From the NCBI RefSeq assembly GCF_009914755.1, contig NC_060941.1: a stretch of 64,000 nt of DNA; one strand, 5' to 3'. Below, piece by piece: positions 42,640 to 64,000 of the stretch; the stretch's first letter is position 1, and each line of letters starts with the position of its first letter. The notes under the pieces are model-generated. The model saw only the letters and a list, made by a program, of their open reading frames with translations, had not been told where the DNA came from and did not search any database. A program made the position numbers and the translations under genes. This DNA comes from the human T2T-CHM13v2.0 reference genome, Homo sapiens.

Positions 42640-43398
42640 ATTTTTTAAAATTGTGGAATAATGATTATATTTACACAAAATCTTGATTGATTGACTGAGA
42701 TAGGGTCTTGCTCTGGCCCCAGATTGGAGTACAGTGGTGTGATCTCTGCTCACCGCAACCTCCGCCTCCTGGGCTCAAGCCATCCTCCCACCTCAGCCTC
42801 CTGAGCAGCTGGGGCTACAGGTGCGTGTCACCATCGCCGGCAAATTTTTTGTATTTTTTTTAGAGATGGGGTTTCACCATGTTTCCCTGCTCCAGACTGG
42901 TCTTGAACTCCTGAGTGCAAGAGATCTGCCTGCCTGTGTTGGCCTCCCAAAGTGCTGGGGTTATAGGCATGAGCCACCACACCCAGTCACCATGTTAAGG
43001 ATTTAAAAGTGAACAATTCTGTGGCATGTGGTACATTTATAGTGTTGTGCCACTATCTAGTTTCAGAACTTTTTCATCACTCCAAAAGAAAATCCATACT
43101 CATTAGGTAGTTGCTCCTCAATTTCCCCAGCCCCTGGTATCCGTTAACCTACTTTCTGTCTCTATGGGGTTTGCCTATTCTGGACATTTCATATAAATGC
43201 AGTTATACAATATCTGGCTTTTTGTATTGGCTTCCTTCACCTAGTATGTTTTCCAAGTTCATCCATGTTGTAGCATGGATCCAAACTTGATTCCTTTTTA
43301 TGACCAAATAATATTCCATTGTATGGATATACCACAATTTATTTATTTAGTGGTGGACACTTGGGTTGTTTCCACATTTGGCTATTGTAAATAGTTGC
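42640..43398 (-). mobile_element. L1MB-like 3' end containing an Alu (42690-42988)
   Basis: ttgcctattctggacatttcatataaat...ttcatccatgttgtagcatg. Confidence 0.8.
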
Positions 43399-44119
43399 TT
43401 TTTTTTTTTTTTTTTTTTTTGATACAGGGTCTCACTCTGTCACCCAGGCTGGAGTGCAGTGGTGTGACCATGGCTCACTGCAGCCTTGACTTCCTGGGCT
43501 CAAGGGATCTTCCCACCTCAGCCTCCTGAGTAGCTGGGGCTACAGGCCTGGCTAATTGTTGTATTTTTTGTAGAGACAATGTTTCAGTGTTGCCCAGGCT
43601 GGTCTCGAACTTCTAGGTTCAGGTGATCCGCCTGCCTCAGCCTCCCACAGTGTTGGGATTATAGGTGTGAGCCACTGTGCCTGGCCAATAGTTGCCATTT
43701 TAATTTAACTTGTCATTGCTTAATTTGAAATATGGTGATGTGCTGCCTGGATCAAAAAGAAAATGTCACATGTGAGAGGGCAAGACAGTGATCTGCTCTT
43801 GACTCTATTTATTGCAATAAACACATTTTGAAAGAACTTATAACAGTCGTGGTGGCTCATACATGTAATACCAGCACTTTGGGAGACTGAGGCAGGATCA
43901 CTTGAGGTCAGGAGTTTGAGACCAGCTTGGCCAACATGGTGAAAACCCTGTCTCTACTGAAAATACAAAATTAGCCAGGTGTGGTGGTGCACATCTGTGG
44001 TCCCAGCTACTCAGGAGGCTGAGGCAGGAGAATCACTTGAACCCAGGAGGCGGAGGTAGCAGTGAGCCATGATCACGCCACCGTACTCCAGCCTGGGCGA
44101 CAGAGCAAGAATCTGTCTA

Positions 44120-44230
44120 AAAAGAAAGAGAGAGAGAGAGAAAGAGAAAGAAAGAAAAAAAGAAAGAAGGGAGGGAGGGAGGGAAGGAAAGGAAGGAAAG
44201 GAAAAAGGAAAGGAAAGGAAGGAAGGAGAA
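44120..44230 (+). repeat. GA-rich low-complexity Alu tail; separate (TTTA)n at 45421-45475
   Basis: Read directly. Confidence 0.9.
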
Positions 44231-44320
44231 CTTATAACTGAAGTATAGTAAATGTAACAGAGCTCACGCCTGTAATCCCAGCACTTTGGGAGGCCAAGGC
44301 CGGTGGATTACTTGAGGTCA

Positions 44321-44566
<246 letters not shown>

Positions 44567-45425
44567 CTATATATAATGTTAGTATGTAAGGGACTTAGAG
44601 GCCTCTTCTGATTGTTTCTGGTGACCATTAGTCCTGCTTAACAGACTGGTAGTCTGATGGGCAAACCCCACCCTTCTTAGTCTTGAGGTTTGAGGATGAG
44701 TAGTGGCCTTTCTGAGCACTGGAATGGAGGTGGGTGATCAACAGCCTCTGGGACTTTTCCCCACTCCTGAGTTACAGGGACAGACTTCTGTTTTCATGAG
44801 AGTCATTGACAAAGGAGCTTGTTTTCCTGGATACCAAGTCTGTGTCTTTGTTTATGTACCTCAGCGACATAGGCAAAGAGTCTGTGCCTTTGTCTTACGT
44901 TTGCATTGTTGTGATGGCATGGTTGTCAGTGTGGAAAGTGAAGTGGATTTGGTGGTGTGTTTCATGTGCAGGGCATTGGTTTCAGCTAAGAGTTTGTTTC
45001 CAGCTAGGAGTTAGAGGGCAGCCTCTAATGAGTGGCCAAGTGCTGACTGGTGGGCACCCTTCTCAAGGGCTACTTCTGTGGAACTGTGCTTTGAGAGATG
45101 CAGTAAGAAGTAGCCTGTGTCACGTCTTTGGTGGATGTGGTCACAGCGTTGGGGTGCATACTCCGCCGCATCATGCTGTATGTCTTCTTTTGGAGGGTGT
45201 GAGGGAGGCATTTATCTCAGGTCCCAGGACAAGGAGAATCTTCTGTAGTGAATCTGGTTTGTTTTTTATCTTGTGGAGAGTGTGAATTCTCTGGCCACTA
45301 GGAAGCTCAGTTCAGAGCCATCATTTCCTAGCTGTAATGTGACCTGCACTTTGGGTTCTAACCTGGCCTTCTGGCTCAACTCCTCCACCCCCTATTTCCT
45401 TATTGCTTGAGTTTCTTCATTTACT

Positions 45426-45472
<47 letters not shown>

Positions 45473-45741
45473 TTTTCTTGTGTTCTCTGGATTTCTTTAA
45501 CCCAGTGAGTCTCAACTTTGACTGTACCTTAATCAGCATCCTCTGGGGAGAGTTTTTTTTTTTTTTTTTTTTTTAAGTGCCAGTGCTTGGCCCCCATCCC
45601 TTATGTTTGATAGATTGGATTGATTTTTTTTGAGACAAAGAGTCTTGCTCTGTTGCCCAGCTGGAGTGTGGTGGCTCACTCATAGCTCACTGTAGCCTCT
45701 AGCTCCTGGGCTCAAACAGTCTTCCCTCCTCAGCCTCCTGA

Positions 45742-46134
<393 letters not shown>

Positions 46135-47531
46135 TAGCCAGGATGGTCGCGATCTCCTGACCTCGTGATTTGCCCACCTTGGCCTCCCAAAGTGCTGGGA
46201 TTACAGGCATGAGCCACCGCGCCTGGCCCCAGTCCTTCCTGTTGTAATTGTTCTGGGATGGGGCCTGAGCAAAAATGTTTCCAAAATTCTCCAAAAGCTG
46301 GGCGTGATGGCTTGCACCCATTATCCCAGCTACTCAGGAGGCTGAGAGGGGAGAATTGCTTGAGACCAGAAGTTTGAGGCCAGTCTGGGCAACATAGCAG
46401 GACCCTGTCTCAAAAAAAAAAAAAAAAAAAAAAAGTTCCTTAACAATTTGGATGTGTGGCCAGGTTTGAGAACTGCTGCTTTAGGCCATTTCATGTCTTT
46501 TTAGCATCAAGGCAGGGATAAGTAATCAAAAAGGATGGAGTCTGGGAGGATAGAGGGACCAAAGGCCAGTGGTATGAGCTCAGAGAAGCCTCGTAAAGGG
46601 GATTATATAGCGTCCAGTGGTTTTCGGCTGGTGGCACCCCGTGGGAAAGCTCTGAGGGGCTCCTCTCCTTGTCTAGAACCACAGGAGAGAGACTCAGCTC
46701 CTGGAGCTGAGTGACTTAAAATTTAGCTGTGAAGTCCATGGGCCTGTCTAATGGTGGCACAGCTTTGTAACAGGGTCTTCTGGGCCTTTCAGGACCCAAG
46801 TCCCACACTTGGAGCCTGATTTGTGCTTAATACCTATTTGCTGTATAATGTGATTGCAGAGAAGACTTGACAAATAAAGAGAACATTTAAAACATGGTCT
46901 TTGCAACTAATCTGGTCCTTCCTGTGCTTTAAAAAAGAAAAAAATTCCCACTGTCCCTGCTTTAAAGAGAAACAAGAAATTACAAAAGAAAACACAGACT
47001 TTCTTGATTTAAAAGAATACTGGTAGAAGAAAATAGCAAGTCGCACAAGAAATTACTATGTAATCTGACTGCAAAGTGTTGGGTAGATTTTAACATTTGA
47101 AGAAAAATGTTTCTTTAAGCAAATGAAACCCTAATTTCTCCCTTCCCCCTCCAAAAAACCCCCTAGATTTTCATTTAGCTATTTTGTCTTTGAACAAAAA
47201 TCTTGCTTTTTCCCCCTTCTTTGCCTTTGCCCTCTGGTAATCAGTAGTTTCCAAAGACTGTGTAAAAGTCAGGTCTACCAAAACAGAATATATGCCACAT
47301 GGTGTTTGCAGGCTGTGTTTCTTTTTTGTGCTAGGTCCCATGGAGATTGTTTGGAATGCCTGTTTTAATGGTCATCAGAGAAAATTCGGAAAGTATGCCT
47401 AAGTAGGATGGACCAAACTAGCACTTGACCTATAGCCTTAGGACCTATACGTCAAGTCCTAGTTCGGTCTGTAATCAATGTTAATATTTTGATTTATTTT
47501 CTCTCTCTCTCTCTCTTTTTTTTTTTTTTGA

Positions 47532-47861
<330 letters not shown>

Positions 47862-49193
47862 TGACCTCTGTAGCCATCATGGGATGGCTCAGAGCTTTCC
47901 CTTGACTGGCTATACTGGGAAGAGGTCAGCTGCCCCCTGTGATTTGTTTTCTATTCAAGGAAGCTTTTGGTCCCAGTCTCCCATGTTCCAGGTGGTAGGT
48001 GTCCCGCAGCCCGTCAGAGGTTTGGGAGGCCAGGAGGGAGCTGTCTAGTAGGGGAGAGGCTTTGCTGGACTTATAGGGCGTGTTAACCAGTTAGATGTGG
48101 GTGAGGGAAGAGGAATAAGCACTGACTCAGGTGGCTGCTGGTGCTGGTGCTGATGCTGATGCTGAGACAGTGTGGAGGAGAAAATTGGTCTGGTGAGGAA
48201 GATGATTTCAGTGCTGGACAATGGGACCAAAAACTGCTAGCCCTGTGTGCACTTCAGAGGCTTCCAGAATGGGGCAGAAACACTTACTGCTCTCTGGGCT
48301 TCAGTCTCCCCATCTATGATATAAATGAGAGAGTGGGACTAAGTGGTCGCCAGGTCCTTCCCAATGCCAGCGTGCTTTGATTCTGTCTTTTAAGACTCTG
48401 CCTTCCTGGGTGAGAGTCGCATTCCTGTCAGCAGCTATCTGGTTGTTTCTAAGCATATTCTTCTCCGTTTGGTGACGTTGGGTTGGGTTGGGTTGACAAT
48501 GGGAAATTGGCAGTGGGTGTCAGCATATTCTTTCCACACAGTTTATTGCCTCTCTTTTCAGGAGTTTTCAGAAGGGAAAACAGGCCAATTCCTCAGGAAA
48601 TGTGTTTGCCTGAGACTCAGCAGCTAACTGTGATTTAACCTAGAGAGCTAGTCCAGGCTGTGGGTCTAGCCAGTGTCTAGTAATTTCCTTCTGGGGGCCC
48701 TTGGCGTCGATGCTGCGTGTGGACAGCGCGGTTTGTGAGACCCTGTGAGCAGGGTTCCCACACAGGGAAAGGTCTCTGGTTCCCTGCCCACTGGTGTTAG
48801 GCCCACCTGACTGGTCACAGAGCCAACCCCAGCCTTCCCACAAGAGTGCAGCCACAGGGGTGAGACCGCTGTGTCAATGAGTCTAGCCGACGGCCCACCA
48901 CGTGTGTGGCCCATACACATTGGAAGTCTATGTGTGTGCCACATCATATTACCAACTGGTGGATATTTAAGAAATCCATTTGATAGAATTAAAAGGCTAC
49001 TGTGAAGGAATCTTTTTTCCATTTGGAAGAAAAAATCAGTTTATAATTTGGAATGGGGAAACAAATATTATCTGCCTTCAAAGAAAAAAATTCATTATAT
49101 AACATAGCGGCTGCTGAATCAAGTCTTGGAAATTTGTGATTTTTTGAAAACCGCCCTATAAGGCTTATGGAAATACAATTTGGAATCCATTAG

Positions 49194-49484
<291 letters not shown>

Positions 49485-50619
49485 TAGTAGAGACGGGGTT
49501 TCACCGTGTTAGCCAGGATGGTCTCAATCTCCTGACCTTGTGATCTGCCCGCCTCGGCCTCCCAAAGTGCTGGGTTTACAGGCATGAGCCACAGCGCCCG
49601 GCTGAGTATTGGGTCTTTAGGGGTCAAAACTTTTGATCTTTGCTTGCAGTTTTTGTTTTTTTCTCTTTTACACTCTCCCTGTTCCCTGATTAAATGAAGG
49701 CCAGGCTTGCCTAGTTCCAGGGAAAAGGCCAAGGGTGCCTAGAGCAAGGTGGATGGGACTTTGTTCGCAGATGGGCCTTGAGAGAGCGACCCCTCGCTCC
49801 TAAATGCCCGGAGGAAGGGACGGACTTCTTTATCTTTACCATGGGTATTCTGCCTTACTGCTTTGGCCTGTGGCGTTTCTTCACTTGCTTTTCCTCATTT
49901 TGCTTGGAATGTGCTTTGCCTGTTGCATACCCACCTCGTCTGCCCCCTTGCACACTCCATGGCTGGCCTAAAAGCCCAGTCTGCTGTCCTGTGCCCTTTA
50001 GACTTCCACTGTAGGATTATGTTTCCACACTCCCTGTGGACTGTGCCACTGGAGCTCTCTGCAGACAGGGACTGTGTCAGGTTGACCTCCATCCTTCAGC
50101 ACCAGCCCAGTGCCTGGCAGGTAGCAGGAAAGCAGAAGCTGAGGAAGGACTTGCTGCACAAGTGGATGCCAGGAGCTCTGGTTCTTCCCTTCTTGAATCT
50201 GCTACCTTATGATGGGAGGGACACAGGGCTGTGCTGGATTTGTGCACGATGCTTTGGACAGCCCATGGGAGAGGGCCAGGAGGAAGGAAACCCAGACTGA
50301 GTGGATAGCAGGCTGGATGGGGGCATTGACAGTGGGGGAAGCATTAAAGGCCATTTATAGCCTTCCAAATGTGAAGCTGGAGGGGCCTGGAAGAGAGTCA
50401 CAGAAAGGAAGGGACAGACGCGGGACGGTGCAGGGTCCCTGCCCTCCAGCTTCACAGGTCTTGGTAATGGGCTCTTACACGGGTTGGTGGCGGAAGGACA
50501 CAGGTGGACCTGGGCTGGTGGTCACTCCTGGGCTGCTCTTGGCCCTGGCATCTGAGACCTGTTGGCCAAAGGCTTTGATGTGGCTCTGGTATTTTTTCTT
50601 TTTTTTGAGAATGGAACTT

Positions 50620-51500
50620 TTTTTTTTTTTAATGAAATGCTCTTTTGAATAGGCAATACAGTCACGTTTCTAAAATGAAAATATATTAAAATATATTTTA
50701 AGAAATTTTGCCCCTCACTCCTGATCTCATCTCTGTCCTCCCTCCTCCCTGGTAACCACCTGTAGCAGTTTGAATACCCTTCTAGTTTTTCTTAATGCAA
50801 GTACAGCAAACACAAATTGTGTATTATTATTTCTCCCTTTTCAGTAAATGAAAGATAGCATTCTGTGTGTACTGTTCTTCATCTTGTGCTTTTTTTAACT
50901 TATTGTAGAGATTTTTCCATATCAGTGCATGGAGAATGGTTGTCATTCTCTTTCAGCTGTGTTGCACTGTGAAGTTGTCCCTGTTTGAATACTCACCCCT
51001 GAGGAAAGGCACCTGGCTGTTTCCAGCTTGTTTCATGACATGCCGGCGACAGTTGTCTCACGTGCACATCGTTTCCCACATTGCAGTGGTCCTGCAGGGT
51101 GGCATCCCGCAGGCACATTGCTGAGTCAAAGAGGAAACACAGTTGTAATTTTGACAGATTTTGCCCAGTTGCCCTCTACAGGGCTTGTTCCATGTTGCAC
51201 TCCCACTGGCGGTGTTGATGCCTGATTCCCCACTGACTCGTCAACACAAGGTGTAGTCAAATGCTTGGAGTTCTGCCAGCCTGACACTTGTAAATAATAT
51301 CTCAGTATAGTTTTAATTTGTATTTTTCTGAAGAGGAGCTGATCATGTTGTCATATGTTTAAGGACCATTTATAGTTTTCTGTGGACAGTTCTTCGATTT
51401 TTCTCTTGGGTTATTGGTTTTTTCTCAATTTCTGAAGGTGTTTTTTATATTTTTGGAAGGTTAGTTCATTGTCTTATGAGTTATAAATTTTTTTCAGGCT
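50620..51500 (-). mobile_element. Old L1ME-like fragment
   Basis: Degenerate antisense L1 3' motifs (ttgcactcccact..., tagttttaatttgtatttttctg). Confidence 0.6.
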
Positions 51501-51697
51501 AGGAATTATTCTGATCTAGGCAGAGTCTTTAAATAATTCTATTCCTCCCCTTCCCTCTGCCCCATCTCCTTATGTTTGAAGATTTGGACAGTGGCTTTGG
51601 GACAGAACCACACCTTTGGCTTCCTTCCAGGATTTAAGTTAATTGGCCTTAGACACATTTTCGGTATGAACTTATGATAGCGTGGATGTGTTTGAGG

Positions 51698-53290
<1,593 letters not shown>

Positions 53291-54769
53291 CTTTAGAAGA
53301 GAAGAGAAGTGGGGCCCATCCCTGGGGCCCATGAGAGTGGTTTTGTTTGGACAAGTCATTCCGGAAAGCGTTCACTAGTAAGGAGGGAGTTCCAGGATAG
53401 AAATTACGTGGGTTGGCCTTGAAAGCTGGTTGGTGGAAAAACCTCACATCTTCCAAGGAGCGTCTTAGATGGGTATGATGATATTGGAACAGAGAAGGGC
53501 AACCACATAGAAGTAATATAAGTAGAATGGAGGTTTAGGATTGAGCACTTCTGAGTTTCACAGGAGGCATTGTGGCTGAGAGCTTCATCCCAGTTCTGTG
53601 ATTTGCTGTATGTTATCCTCTCTCTTGTGTAATGCCTGCCTTGCAAAAGTGCAGCAAGATCAGTGCCATGAAACCCCTGGGTCAGTGCCTGGCACATGGT
53701 AGGCATTCAGTAAATTATAGCTGTCACCTTGGTGCATTTGACCAGCAGCAGCTGAGTCTGCAGTCACTGAGTCACCAGACCTGGCCTTCCTGAGGCCTTG
53801 GGCTTATGTTTTCCTTGTGAGGCATAAATATGCTGAAGAACATCCCTGTTTTCTTGGCCTGGTCCTCCCTGTGGTGGCTGAAGGAAAGAGGGGGGCTGGA
53901 GCGAGAAGGGGGGTTAGGGGCATGGATGTAGCCAGTGTATATTTGGAGGGCAAGTAAACAGTTCTTCCTTGGCCTCTCGGCACAAGTTTCTAAAGTAGAG
54001 CGATTTCTGAGTTTAGGAGCAGCTGGGCAGATCTGCACACGCACCCAGTTGTCAGTGCTGGAAACGCGCCCCTTTATTATTATTTTTCTAAACAAAGCAG
54101 GACAATGGCAGTGTAAACATTGTTTGAACAAAAAGCATTTGGCCAATGGAGATAAAACCAAAAGGAAAATAACAACTTTGATTTCCTTTTGGTTTTGTGT
54201 TTTGACATTTGGTAGCATACTTCTAATCTTTTAGGAATTATAAAAATTATATGGTTTGCGAACTCCAGTTTGTTTATGCTGTTAAATTTAGTGCGAAGTA
54301 AACTAAAAAATTCCCCTCCTGTTGGGATGTCAGCTTGCTCCCATTTTTGTTTTTCTTTGAGAGGCATGGTCAAAGGACCAGTGGGACCTGAAGAGGGCCC
54401 GTCAAAAGCATGTGAGGCATGTGGGGAAACCTGTAGTGAAGCAGAAAGTGCAGCCTTATTTCCTACAGCTCTCTCATGTTCCTTATCTTGCTGATTCTCG
54501 CTGGCTGCCATTTCCATTTTACAAATGAGGAAACTAAACTGAGATTCAGTGAGGTGACTAAAAGGTGCTGGGTAGAGCAGTGATCTTTTCATTCTGCCAG
54601 GTAGTTATTTTAAAACTTACCAATATTCATAGGCCATGTTTTATGTTCAGTGAGGGCATTTGTGGTTTGGTAAGGGTGTAGAGAGGATCAGAGAGCTTGG
54701 AGGAAGGGAGAGAGAAAGGGGGGAGTGTGTGAGCAGGTGGGGCTGGACTCGGTGCCCTGTAGAGTCATT

Positions 54770-63655
<8,886 letters not shown>

Positions 63656-64000
63656 ATATAAAATTTGATTTCTCTAACCAACAAGAAGTCATCAGAATAT
63701 AGATGCCCACTTTCAGTTAGTGAAGATGTTTATTTTTTGGCTGAATCTCACTGTTTTTCTGGTATGAGGGAAATAAAGGATTTTTTTCTTTTCATTTCTC
63801 TACGGGATGAGCAACAGTTATTAGGCTTTAAGTTATTGCTAGCGTGGCTGAAACAGAGTCATAATAGTCTTTTCTCTTTTGGCTGAAATGATGACTGTTG
63901 AAAAGAATGTAGCACTGTCCATATTGTCCTAACTGGCCTGTTGTCTTCTGGAGAGCCCGTGTGGTTTGGTCATGTGGTCTGTGGTCTCAGCTACCCCAAC

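Overview
Human, Alu-rich genomic DNA with no intact known protein-coding exon. From recalled sequence (not a database search) it is the 17p11.2 region at the 5' end of EPN2 (epsin-2). The CpG island at ~26.95-28.5 kb holds a non-coding first exon ending GAG|GTGAGC at 27518, and the rest of the window is intron 1 on the + strand. The upstream 27 kb contains: a processed kynureninase (KYNU) pseudogene interrupted by an Alu; a second CpG island with a good splice donor (possible distal promoter); a candidate TATA-driven spliced small ORF; and, antisense to it, a MIR-derived exon whose translation matches my recollection of the GRAPL C-terminus. These suggest the left part belongs to the 17p11.2 REPB-type segmental duplication (isochromosome 17q breakpoint region). 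The remainder is Alu, L1, L2, MIR, MLT/LTR and DNA-transposon relics. Local rearrangement scars include a foreign ~100-bp insert inside an Alu, a 137-bp Alu arm duplication, a perfect 117-bp tandem duplication and a collapsed inverted-Alu hairpin. I see no evidence for a new multi-gene system. Nearly all ORFs in the supplied track are Alu, GC-rich or low-complexity artefacts.
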